From positions 70,003-134,002 of the forward strand of contig JAGDVY010000040.1 of NCBI GenBank assembly GCA_023255875.1: 64,000 nt of DNA, read 5' to 3'. Below the pieces are notes generated by a model that was given only the letters and a program-made list of their open reading frames with translations, did no database searches and was not told the origin of the DNA. Origin of the DNA: Hydrogenobacter sp. Its GTDB lineage: Bacteria > Aquificota > Aquificia > Aquificales > Aquificaceae. This document shows positions 55,081 to 64,000 of the stretch, in pieces; within the stretch, counting starts at the first letter, position 1; the number at the start of each line of letters is the position of its first letter. A program made the translations under genes and the position numbers.

Positions 55081-56248
55081 GTTTATTTTCTGTGGGGAAA
55101 AAGTAATTCACTATAGCCTTGTAGATGGCACGGGCAAACTTATCCTGAAAGTCCTTATCAGCCATAAGAAGCGCCTCATCAGGATTAGTTATAAAACCCG
55201 TTTCTATAAGCACAGAAGGAATGCCCGGAGTTTTAAGTACCGCAAAACCAGCCCTCTGTATTCCCTTAAACTGCACCTCCCTTCCCAACTCTTTTGCAAT
55301 ACTCTTGGCTATTTTTTCACCAAAAGATACACTCTCGTAGAGTGTTACATCCATAGCAAGGTCTGCAAGCACCTTTTTGACACTGATGGGAACATCTGCA
55401 GTACCAAGCACTAACTTAGCGTAGCTGTCGTTGTTTATTATCTGGTGCTTTTTCTTTTGTGCTGCCTCAGAGGATATGGCAAAAACATAAGTGCCCCTTG
55501 CGTGATGAGATATACCTTGTGGAGACGCATTGGCATGTATGCTTATAAAAAGGTCCGCTCTGTTTCTTAAGGCGATGTTCGCTCTTTCATGAAGTGGTAT
55601 AAAAGTATCATCTTTTCTTGTCATGATCACTTTAAACCTACCATCTTGTGATAGATACTCTGCTAACCTTTTAGCTATGGCTAAGTTTATGTCTTTTTCT
55701 TTTATGCTTCTGTATCCTATAGCTCCTGGATCATGCCCACCGTGTCCCGCATCTATCACTATAGTCCTTCTCTGCGTGATGATCACGTTCTTTTTGCGCT
55801 CGCTTATTACTTTCTCTTTAGCTCCTGCATCGTACTGTATAATTTTTAGCACCTTGGGATCAAGAATAGCCAATAGGGCATCATCGTTATTTTCTTCCTG
55901 TTTTTCTACCCTTTTGAACACATCTATGACTATCCTGAAGGGATCTTCTAAGGAAAAGGCTTTCACGCTTGAAAAGTCCCTTTCAAAAACTATCCTTGTA
56001 CCCCAGGGATGCTTGCCTAAGCGATAATTTATACCTTTTGGAACTTTTAAAGCAAAGTCCTCATGAGAGAGAATATCCACCACTATCCTCTTTGGGTCTT
56101 CAAGTAGCACCACTCTATAATCCACTCTCTTGCCAAAATCCAAAACTATCCTTTCTTTTTCTGGATAGCTCCCGTACCTTACGCTTATGACCTGTCCAAA
56201 AGAGATGGCAAGAAGGAGACTAAAAATTACCAAAATCTTCTGGTACAT
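55064..56248 (-). CDS. N-acetylmuramoyl-L-alanine amidase (AMIN + Amidase_3)
   Basis: IDAGHGGHDPGA, EKDINL, FISIHANA, SVLIETGF. Confidence 0.94.
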   Translation of the reverse strand: MYQKILVIFSLLLAISFGQVISVRYGSYPEKERIVLDFGKRVDYRVVLLEDPKRIVVDILSHEDFALKVPKGINYRLGKHPWGTRIVFERDFSSVKAFSLEDPFRIVIDVFKRVEKQEENNDDALLAILDPKVLKIIQYDAGAKEKVISERKKNVIITQRRTIVIDAGHGGHDPGAIGYRSIKEKDINLAIAKRLAEYLSQDGRFKVIMTRKDDTFIPLHERANIALRNRADLFISIHANASPQGISHHARGTYVFAISSEAAQKKKHQIINNDSYAKLVLGTADVPISVKKVLADLAMDVTLYESVSFGEKIAKSIAKELGREVQFKGIQRAGFAVLKTPGIPSVLIETGFITNPDEALLMADKDFQDKFARAIYKAIVNYFFPTENKLTLSQ

Positions 56249-57875
56249 GCACCTCCTCCTCTACCTCTTCCTTCCTTGTTGCCCAAGCTGGTATTGGAAA
56301 CCTAAACACTAAGGGAGTAGGTATGTCTGGTTGGTACATGATCATAGTGCCCTTTTTTAGCATTATAGCTCTTTGTCTAAAATTGCCTATGAGAAACTCA
56401 TACTCTTTGCTCATTACCTCACTGCTGTCCATTCTACCCACTACCTTTACCGCGGAGTTTGCTATCACTCTCTTTTCTATCTCGCTGGCTGTCTGCTGAG
56501 CACCTATTAGGATAACACCCAAGCTTCTACCCCTTTCTGCTATGTCAAGGATAATGTCCTTTATGGGACTCCAGCCATCTTTTGGCGCGTACTTATTTAG
56601 CTCGTCAAGCACCACAAAGATTTTAGGATAGGCTCTTGAGGTTTCTTCCTTCTCTCTAAAGACCTTTCTCAGGATGGCACCCACAACAAACATCTTTGCT
56701 ATACTGTGGAGTCCGCTTATGTCTATTACGGAGAGCTTATGATCCTGCCATCTTATGGGTGAGCTCCCTTGACTTTGGACAAATCTCCTTATGTAGGTTT
56801 TGGCTCTGTGAAACCTTCTCATAAAAGCGTATGTGGTCTGAAGCTGTGCATCTCCAAACCAACCTTTGTAGAGTTCTGAGCTTTTGTTTCTCTCTTTGTC
56901 CTGAATAGCTTCTTCAAAGATCTTCTCAAGAGCGTCCAAGTCCTCTATATCCCTACCATAATCGTCTATTACCCTGCCCTCTGGACTGTTTTTGGCAAGG
57001 GTGTATAGTTTATTAGCTACTTTGTCTATAGTGTAGTTTATGTTGGACATGCCCTCTTCGCCTTCAACAAACATGAACTTCAAGAGTCCCTCCTCTGCAA
57101 ACTCCCTCATACTCCAGTAGAAAGGCACTACCTTTTCATCAACCCTTTCGCAATCAGGCACATCAGGGTTTTTCTCATCAGGTGGAACATAAAAGATCAC
57201 ATCTTTGAAAGGCTCGGGCTTTAGTCCCAATTTCTGCCAAGCCTCTTTATCTTCTTGTGAAAGATTCTTATTTTTCTTATCTATCCATAAGAGGTCTTTA
57301 CCTTTTACATTAAAAACCATGCCGTGAATGTCCTTTTTATCGTCCGCTTTGTTAATGATGGAGTAGAGTAGAAACATGGCATAAGAAGTCTTAGTGGCTA
57401 TTCCCGACATGCCAGAGATGCTAACATGTGCCCCCTCTTTACCGTTGATAAAGTGATAGTTTATATAAACGGGTTCTCCACTGCGGGTAAGGCCTGCAGG
57501 TATCTTTGCTTTCATCTGATCATAGTAGAGTGCCTTTTCAAAGTGAGGTCCTACCGCTCTGTATACCTTATCTCCTGGTGCTGGTGGCATAAATAGTTCG
57601 GGCTCTATCCTTGTTACGCTCACCTTTGCGGTGTAGGCTATCTCTACAGGTATGATACCATCAGTGGCAAGGCGCGCATCATACACAGAATCCGCACCTT
57701 CAAGGAACTTCTGTACCTCTTGGACAATACCGTAAAAGATCACCTTTTGGTTTCCTGCCATTGATTCCACATACACCACATGATCAAGCTCAAGTATATG
57801 CCCTTCGCTCACACCTATCCAAAACTCAAGGGGAGATATGGGTTTAGTACCAAGAACTATACCTATGGGTTCCAT
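56220..57875 (-). CDS. herA: HerA/FtsK-family ATPase (HAS barrel + DUF87)
   Basis: [20 protein letters not shown] Walker A variant, [23 protein letters not shown]. Confidence 0.8.
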   Translation of the reverse strand: MEPIGIVLGTKPISPLEFWIGVSEGHILELDHVVYVESMAGNQKVIFYGIVQEVQKFLEGADSVYDARLATDGIIPVEIAYTAKVSVTRIEPELFMPPAPGDKVYRAVGPHFEKALYYDQMKAKIPAGLTRSGEPVYINYHFINGKEGAHVSISGMSGIATKTSYAMFLLYSIINKADDKKDIHGMVFNVKGKDLLWIDKKNKNLSQEDKEAWQKLGLKPEPFKDVIFYVPPDEKNPDVPDCERVDEKVVPFYWSMREFAEEGLLKFMFVEGEEGMSNINYTIDKVANKLYTLAKNSPEGRVIDDYGRDIEDLDALEKIFEEAIQDKERNKSSELYKGWFGDAQLQTTYAFMRRFHRAKTYIRRFVQSQGSSPIRWQDHKLSVIDISGLHSIAKMFVVGAILRKVFREKEETSRAYPKIFVVLDELNKYAPKDGWSPIKDIILDIAERGRSLGVILIGAQQTASEIEKRVIANSAVKVVGRMDSSEVMSKEYEFLIGNFRQRAIMLKKGTMIMYQPDIPTPLVFRFPIPAWATRKEEVEEEVHVPEDFGNF

Positions 57876-58777
57876 CCATACACCTCCCTGAGTATCTCTT
57901 CTGCGCCCTTGTGGAGAAGCTCCCTTGCCAGCTCTGCACCTAACTTTTCTGCGGAGTTTATGTTTGCACTTTTCATACCTTCTATAAATTTAATTCCCTC
58001 AAGATCAGAAACAAAGCCTCTTATGAATATCCTATCACCTTCTACCCAAGAGTAGGCACCTATTGGCACTTGGCAACCACCTTGGAGTTCCCTGAGGAAA
58101 GCTCTCTCGCACTCCGCCCTTGCCCTGCTTTCTGGATGGTCAAGCTCTTTCACTACCTGCCAAACATCTTGGTCATCTTCCCTTATCTCTATAGCTAAAG
58201 AACCTTGTCCTACCGCTGGAATAAAGTCCTCAAGCACTTGTGTTATTTTATCTTCCATACCCATTCTTTTTACACCTGCGTAAGCCAATATAATAGCATC
58301 GTAAAGTCCTTCCTGAAGCTTTCTGATCCGTGTATCCACATTTCCTCTGAGGTTTTCCACCCTTAGGTCTCTTCTCCTTCTCTTTACTTGAACCTGCCTC
58401 CTAAGGGAAGATGTGCCTATCTTGGCATCTTGGGGTAGCTCTTCAAAGGGTATACCCTTTGAGGATATTAGCACATCAAAGGGATTTTCCCTTTCCGTTA
58501 TGGCACCTATAGTGAGACCCTCAGGTAGCGTCATGGGAACGTCCTTTAGGGAATGGACCGCCAGGTCTATCTCTTTTCGCATAAGCGCTTCTTCTATCTC
58601 TTTTACGAAAAGCCCCTTACCTCCTATCTTGGCAAGGGGTACATCTTGAATTTTGTCTCCTGAGGTGGTTATGAGCACCAGCTCCACTTGGTGTCCTTTC
58701 TTTTCAAGTTTTTCTTTGATAAAGTTAGCCTGCCATAGAGCGAGCTTGCTCTTTCTTGTTCCTATCCTAAGCTTCAT
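57863..58777 (-). CDS. hemC: Porphobilinogen deaminase
   Basis: [41 protein letters not shown]. Confidence 0.98.
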   Translation of the reverse strand: MKLRIGTRKSKLALWQANFIKEKLEKKGHQVELVLITTSGDKIQDVPLAKIGGKGLFVKEIEEALMRKEIDLAVHSLKDVPMTLPEGLTIGAITERENPFDVLISSKGIPFEELPQDAKIGTSSLRRQVQVKRRRRDLRVENLRGNVDTRIRKLQEGLYDAIILAYAGVKRMGMEDKITQVLEDFIPAVGQGSLAIEIREDDQDVWQVVKELDHPESRARAECERAFLRELQGGCQVPIGAYSWVEGDRIFIRGFVSDLEGIKFIEGMKSANINSAEKLGAELARELLHKGAEEILREVYGWNP

Positions 58778-58781
58778 AGTA

Positions 58782-59321
58782 TCATTTTAGCGTATGCCTT
58801 TTGGGTTTTATGTGAGTGGAGTAGAAGTTTTTACCGTGAAAGAGTATGTATCTTACCTTCTTTGGCTTTAGCTTACCTCTTAGGTAATGCTTTTGAACCA
58901 CCAAGCCTAAAAGCAGGGCATGATCCGGAAAGTCCAATACCTCTATCTTTTTGCATTCGTATATAAGAAGAGAGCCAAGGATCATAAAGGATTCTACTGA
59001 CTTGCCTTTGATGGGTTTTAGTTTGGTGAGTTCCCACTTATTTACCTCGTTTCCGTGGGTCTTTCCTATCAGGTGCGCTTCTTTTAAAAACTCGTAGGGT
59101 AGGAAATTCACGGTAAAGTCCTCGCTCTGTTGGAGCAGTTGGTAGCTATAGTTGTCCTTTTGGACGCTTACTGCGTACAAAAAGGGATTTCTGTTGATGG
59201 GAGTGTGATGGGATACGGTAAAAGGATTGTCCTTTACACACACCACCGCCACGGGCCTTGGCACGTATCCATAAGTGTAGCCTTCTTCCGGAAGACTAAC
59301 GTAAGCCTCTTCAAACTCCAT
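58782..59321 (-). CDS. Flavin reductase-like (FMN-binding split barrel) protein
   Basis: PRPVAVV, FTVNF, G.T.G..VNKW, ECK, DHALLLG. Confidence 0.8.
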   Translation of the reverse strand: MEFEEAYVSLPEEGYTYGYVPRPVAVVCVKDNPFTVSHHTPINRNPFLYAVSVQKDNYSYQLLQQSEDFTVNFLPYEFLKEAHLIGKTHGNEVNKWELTKLKPIKGKSVESFMILGSLLIYECKKIEVLDFPDHALLLGLVVQKHYLRGKLKPKKVRYILFHGKNFYSTHIKPKRHTLK

Positions 59322-59322
59322 C

Positions 59323-60678
59323 TTAAAGCTCCTCCACACGCCTTATGTATGCAGACATATCAAAGCGTTCCTTTAGGGACTTTGGGCTCATGTATCGGAC
59401 TTTGCCCATTACTTTTCTTTCGGGCCATGGTCTATCAAAGTTCCCAAAGCACCAAGATATGGAAGAATAACCGTTAGGGTCCCTACCATCAAGAGCGTAC
59501 TTGTCATTAAGGTAGCAGGCTATATCAAAGGCATCTTTGGGATGGGATGTCCACTCTATGAGCCTCTTTGCCCAGTACATCCGCATGTAGGTGTGTATTT
59601 TGCCTTTTTTTAGAAGCTCTTTTTGGGCACTGTTCCAGTAAGGATCGTGGGTCTTTGCAAACTCTAACTCTTCAATAGTGTATATGTGTTCCCTTGGGTC
59701 TTTCGTATGATCTTCTAACGTTTCCTTTGCCCATCGGGGGAGTCCTTCGTAAGAGTTGTAAAAGGGATTATACCAGCAGAAGTTGCGCGCAAGCTCGCGC
59801 CAAATTATGAGCTCGTTGAAGAAGGCTTGCACATTGGGATCATCTGCAGGATAAAACTTTAGCACCTCAAGAGCTACATAGATGGGAGATACCTGTCCAA
59901 AGTGAAGGTATGGACTAAGGTCTGATGTCATTTCATATGCAGGATCGTTTCTCTTTTCTTTGTAGTGGGGTAGCTTGTTTTCTATAAAGTCTCTGAGCCT
60001 TCTTTTGGCTTGGTCTGTGCCACCCTCATAAAAGCGCTCTACAGTGCTTACACTTTTGTCTATTTGCAAAAGATCAAGGAGGTCATCAACCTTTTCTGTA
60101 TCAAGCCCTTCTAAATCCATATGGTCTGACCTGACCAAAGGGTCTATCCTCTCCACAGGCTTTAGGAAGTTTTCCAAAAGACCCTCCAACTTCTTTCTGT
60201 ACATAAAGGCATAAGGTATTGACTTATCAGACACAAGACTTATGGGCACTACCACATCGCTTTCTACCACATACACAGGAATGTCCAAAAGGTTTGCGAG
60301 CTTTTCTCTCCAGCGCCTTTGGGTCCTCAGGTAGTTTTTGTCGCATACCACCAAGACCGCAGACTTTGAGAGCTCCATGCATCCTTCCACAAAGGTTTTT
60401 TTCCTTATGAGAAACTTTATGCCTCTTTGGGTTATCTGTTTTTTGGTCTTTAGGATGCCTTCCAGCATAAAGCGGTAGTATCTTGCATTAGAAAACTTGT
60501 AGCGATCCGTTATAAAAAAAGCTACCACCAAAGGCTTTTTGTAGCGATTTGCCATCATCACAGCAAACTCAAGGGCGTGGTTAAACTCCTCCCTCTGAGA
60601 TGCCTCCATGCAGTAGAGCACATATTTTCCAGATAGGTTTTCTGATGCACCATTTAGCTTCTTTAGTCTCTCTTCCAA
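59323..60678 (-). CDS. phr: Class II CPD photolyase
   Basis: SQREEFNHAL, SDLSPYLHFGQ, THDPYWNSAQ, YMRMYWAK, DGRDPNGY; TTG start. Confidence 0.93.
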   Translation of the reverse strand: MEERLKKLNGASENLSGKYVLYCMEASQREEFNHALEFAVMMANRYKKPLVVAFFITDRYKFSNARYYRFMLEGILKTKKQITQRGIKFLIRKKTFVEGCMELSKSAVLVVCDKNYLRTQRRWREKLANLLDIPVYVVESDVVVPISLVSDKSIPYAFMYRKKLEGLLENFLKPVERIDPLVRSDHMDLEGLDTEKVDDLLDLLQIDKSVSTVERFYEGGTDQAKRRLRDFIENKLPHYKEKRNDPAYEMTSDLSPYLHFGQVSPIYVALEVLKFYPADDPNVQAFFNELIIWRELARNFCWYNPFYNSYEGLPRWAKETLEDHTKDPREHIYTIEELEFAKTHDPYWNSAQKELLKKGKIHTYMRMYWAKRLIEWTSHPKDAFDIACYLNDKYALDGRDPNGYSSISWCFGNFDRPWPERKVMGKVRYMSPKSLKERFDMSAYIRRVEEL

Positions 60679-60690
60679 AACCAGTACCTC

Positions 60691-61683
60691 CTACAGGTCT
60701 ATTTCTATCCAAAAGACTGTCTGGTCATTCTCTCGCTTGTAGTATAGTCTTCCACCCACTAAGTACTCAAGCCTCCTGCGCAGATTAGTAAGCCCAGCAC
60801 CCTCTGAGATCTGATCAAAGCCCTTCCCATTGTCCCTGACCTCTATGATTGCCTTGTGGTCCTTTTTGTAGGCTTTTATATCTATCCTACCTTTGTTTCC
60901 AATGCCGTGCTTGAGAGCATTCTCCACCAACACCTGAACAGAGAGCTTTGGAACTAAAAGGGATAGCAAGTCCTCCTCTATTTGGTACTCCACCTGTATA
61001 TCGGGAAACCTCAGGCGGTATATGAATATGAAGTTCTTCACGATAGACAGCTCCTTGTCAAGAGGTATAACGCTCTCTTGGTCTATAATGTCCCTAAGGT
61101 ATCGAGAAAAAACAAGTATAGACCGTTCTGCAAGAGGAGGGTTTATATGCGCCAATTCTGCAAGGACATTCAGCGTGTTAAAAAGAAAGTGAGGATTTAT
61201 TTGGTACTCTAAGAACCTAAGCCTTGCCATTATTAGCTCCTTCTCTGTCTCTAACTTTATCCTTCTTATATTCACTATCCAGTAAAGCAGATAACCTATC
61301 ACTGAAGTCAAAAGTCCCAATATGAAAAGTCCGAGTAGGAGAACAGGCCTTTCTATGTGCATCTGAATGAGGTCAAGAACGGAGATAAGCTTATACCCCA
61401 CATATCCACCCACAGCTCCCGCAAAAAAGGAAACCAAAAGGCTCACAGCCTGCCAGTAAATCTCTGGTATGCGTCTAAGTAGGTACTTGTTGGAAAGGTT
61501 TATGAGCACATAAGAGCTTGTGAATATAGAAAGTCCCATTAGCATGCCCGCCATAAAACCATCTAAAACGCCTGCCTTCCTCCAAAAGAGAAAGAAAAAG
61601 CTTCCCAAAAGTCCTCCAAAGATCACAGAAAAGGCAAGGACCACAAACCAGTCACGGTTAGATATATCTATGTAGTACTTCAT
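60691..61683 (-). CDS. LytS/YehU-type membrane histidine kinase
   Basis: Several TM helices, QINPHFLFNTLN, QVLVENALKHG, GAGLTNL. Confidence 0.92.
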   Translation of the reverse strand: MKYYIDISNRDWFVVLAFSVIFGGLLGSFFFLFWRKAGVLDGFMAGMLMGLSIFTSSYVLINLSNKYLLRRIPEIYWQAVSLLVSFFAGAVGGYVGYKLISVLDLIQMHIERPVLLLGLFILGLLTSVIGYLLYWIVNIRRIKLETEKELIMARLRFLEYQINPHFLFNTLNVLAELAHINPPLAERSILVFSRYLRDIIDQESVIPLDKELSIVKNFIFIYRLRFPDIQVEYQIEEDLLSLLVPKLSVQVLVENALKHGIGNKGRIDIKAYKKDHKAIIEVRDNGKGFDQISEGAGLTNLRRRLEYLVGGRLYYKRENDQTVFWIEIDL

Positions 61684-63142
61684 GAAAGTCTCTCTCTATT
61701 TGCATCAGCAAGTTAAAAACGCCCAGCACCACGCCCGGATAGCCCTGCCCCGGAAACACCGAATCCCCCACCAAATACACATCCTTTATGTAGGTAAAAC
61801 CCACAGGATACCTTAGCATAGTGTATTCAAAGCGCAGAGGTATGCCTCCTACAGTGCCCTTGTATCTTTCTGTATACCTCCTAAAAGTGTGAGGAGTGCC
61901 CACCAACACAGGTGTTTTTTCAAGGTTTCTGAAGGTAGGGATGTGTTGGTAAAGTTTTTCAAGAATAAAATCCTTGAGCTTTTCCTTTCTCTCTTGGTAA
62001 TCTTCCTTGCTTTTTATGTCCTCCCACTTTTCTATCTTACAGTGAGTAGAGATGACCACAGGACGATAGCCTTGGACTGTGTCCTCTGGGTCAGCAACGG
62101 AAACAAAAAAGGAATAACTCCCTGTGTAAGGATTTTCATCTGGATGAACTATCTGATAGTGATGCTTGTCCAAAAGGTTTTGAGGGTCTTTTACACCAAA
62201 GTATAAAGTGGATGCGGACCATATCTTAGAGTAAGTTTTCCTATTTTTTTCACACGGTCCTTTATCCACACTATCATCAAAGAGATCACAAAAGTCCCAT
62301 ATGGTTCTGTTGAGTATGAGTCTTTTGGCTTCGTATGTGCCCCTGTTGGTATAAACTTTAAAGTGATCTCTCTCCTTTGATATTTTGAGTACCTTGGTTT
62401 TTCTCTTTACATTCTCGTCCTGACCCACCAAAGTGTGTAAGAATTCCGCCATGCCACCCTTCACATAATAGTTAGAAAGGTTAGTATAAGTCAGACCCAT
62501 AGAAGCAAAGGAAAAATTCACCTCGTTCCAGTAGCACTGGGTGGTCATGAGTATCTGACTGTTTAAAAACATCTGATAATCCTTTTCCACGTTTCCCAAG
62601 TAGGACCTTATGACACGCTCCGCAGAAAGAAAGTTCTCCCTAAGGGTAGACAGTAAGTATCTACTGTTCCTAAGCACGGAGGACGCAAGCTTATAACAGC
62701 TCCTTGGGTTGAAGGGAAGCACCTTATATACATGTTCCCAGTTGGTCTTAGAGGTCATCAGTATGCGTTCCCAAAGTTTTCTGTTTTCTCTGTGGTAGAA
62801 GTTGCGGTTTATCTCCTCAAAAGACCGCTCAAAATCCTTATACCTGCTTATCACCTTATCACCTACAAAAACCAGTATGGAGGGATCTATCTCTTTGATG
62901 GGCATGCGGGACTTTTCTATGCCCAGTATCTTTAGTAGGACATCAAGGGGAAGGTTATCTTCCAAACCTACCAGCGTAGAAGCACCCACATTAAAGAAAA
63001 GTCCATCGCGCTTAAAAGTTCCCGCACAACCACCCAAGTAGTCTAGCTTCTCAAAAAGCACCACACTTTTGCCCAGAGTTTTTAGTAGTAGGTAAGCTAT
63101 AGTTCCTCCTATACCACCACCAACTACTATATAGTCCAACAA
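61658..63142 (-). CDS. Phytoene desaturase / carotenoid isomerase-like FAD oxidoreductase
   Basis: VVGGGIGG, GGCAGTF..G..FNVGA, YVKGGM, LVGDSVFPGQG. Confidence 0.8.
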   Translation of the reverse strand: MLDYIVVGGGIGGTIAYLLLKTLGKSVVLFEKLDYLGGCAGTFKRDGLFFNVGASTLVGLEDNLPLDVLLKILGIEKSRMPIKEIDPSILVFVGDKVISRYKDFERSFEEINRNFYHRENRKLWERILMTSKTNWEHVYKVLPFNPRSCYKLASSVLRNSRYLLSTLRENFLSAERVIRSYLGNVEKDYQMFLNSQILMTTQCYWNEVNFSFASMGLTYTNLSNYYVKGGMAEFLHTLVGQDENVKRKTKVLKISKERDHFKVYTNRGTYEAKRLILNRTIWDFCDLFDDSVDKGPCEKNRKTYSKIWSASTLYFGVKDPQNLLDKHHYQIVHPDENPYTGSYSFFVSVADPEDTVQGYRPVVISTHCKIEKWEDIKSKEDYQERKEKLKDFILEKLYQHIPTFRNLEKTPVLVGTPHTFRRYTERYKGTVGGIPLRFEYTMLRYPVGFTYIKDVYLVGDSVFPGQGYPGVVLGVFNLLMQIERDFHEVLHRYI

Positions 63143-63144
63143 GG

Positions 63145-63885
63145 CTATAGCCCTAAGTACTCCCTCAGAGCCTTTGCCCCATCCCTGCTTGTCTTAATGG
63201 TATCGTTTATATCGTAAAAGCTTATGATAAGCTTAGACTGCTCTACGGACCTTAGCTCCTTTACTTTAAAGAGATTAACAAGATAGCTCCTATGGACCTT
63301 GAAAAAGCCCTTTGCTTTAAGGAGGTTCTCAAACTCGTAAAGCTTCTTATTAGAGAAGTACTCCCTTTCCTTTGTCCTTATGACTGTCTCTGATGCCTCT
63401 GCCTTTATGTAGTATATGTCCTCGGGCTTTATCAAAAATACCTTTCCTCCCTGCTTTATGGGGATCACAAAGCCTTGGGGGCTTTCCACCATACTCTGGA
63501 TCTGTAAAATGTTGCGCTCTTTGTCTTCTAAGTTTTTCACCTTTTCTATGGCTTTTTTGAGGTCCTCAAGTTCGTAAGGCTTGAGTATGTAATCTATAGC
63601 ATTGACCTTAAAAGCCTCCACAGCAAACTCTCCATAAGCGGTGATGAAGACTATATAGGGTCTAAGACCCTCTTGGAGTATCTCTTTAGCAAGCTCTATG
63701 CCAGTGCCATCAGATAGCCTAACATCCAAAAACACCACATCGGGCATAAGGTTCTTTATCTTTTCAAGCGCTTCTCTTTTGTTCTCCGCTTCTCCCACCA
63801 GTTCCACATGAGGAATTTCTTTGATGAGCCTTTTTAGGCGTTCCCTTGATATATACTCGTCTTCCACTATAAAAGCCTTCAACAT
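63145..63885 (-). CDS. LytTR-family response regulator
   Basis: IVEDE, VFLDVRL, FITAY, DYILKP, FFKVHRSYLVN; ATG 63885 (or GTG 63894). Confidence 0.94.
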   Translation of the reverse strand: MLKAFIVEDEYISRERLKRLIKEIPHVELVGEAENKREALEKIKNLMPDVVFLDVRLSDGTGIELAKEILQEGLRPYIVFITAYGEFAVEAFKVNAIDYILKPYELEDLKKAIEKVKNLEDKERNILQIQSMVESPQGFVIPIKQGGKVFLIKPEDIYYIKAEASETVIRTKEREYFSNKKLYEFENLLKAKGFFKVHRSYLVNLFKVKELRSVEQSKLIISFYDINDTIKTSRDGAKALREYLGL

Positions 63886-63948
63886 TCTCTCCACCTCAGG
63901 ATAAAAAGATAAAGGACAGGGGCGGGGAGGAGGAAAGGCATGCGGAGT

Positions 63949-64000
63949 TTATCTTGAACCAAACATCATGCCAAGGTAGAAGACTACAGATATGCCTATG
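63949..64000 (-). CDS. 3' end of an upstream, probably membrane, protein
   Basis: Open frame IGISVVFYLGMMFGSR* ending at 63949; too short to assign. Confidence 0.3.
   Translation of the reverse strand, partial: IGISVVFYLGMMFGSR

Overview
64 kb of a compact, gene-dense bacterial chromosome. Protein sequences and gene content point to Aquificae (Aquificaceae, Hydrogenobacter/Thermocrinis-like); this is an inference, not a database result. Most of the window is housekeeping: rpsF-ssb-rplO-secY-adk-map-infA-rpmJ-rpsM-rpsK-rpsD-rpoA-rplQ, rpsB-tsf-pyrH, frr, gyrA, gyrB, infB, fabZ, folD, argG, trpF, aroD, bioB, hemC, queE, tRNA-Gly and tRNA-Glu. The most notable accessory block (about 20.5-23.9 kb) carries a two-gene operon of probable cyclic-oligoadenylate effectors: a Csx1-type CARF-HEPN RNase and a 2TM-CARF (Cam1-like) membrane protein. 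No cas10, other cas genes or CRISPR array are visible in the window. Other points of interest: a pseudo-receiver/PATAN-like/degenerate di-iron (ODP) fusion protein; a LytTR-desaturase-LytS-photolyase operon; a two-component/PepSY/COG4705 module with four phased 11-bp operator repeats; two families of short TIR-bounded (MITE-like) repeats; structured rpsF and rpsB leaders; and a GyrA lacking a recognisable GyrA-box. All family calls come from motif recognition by eye, not from searches.
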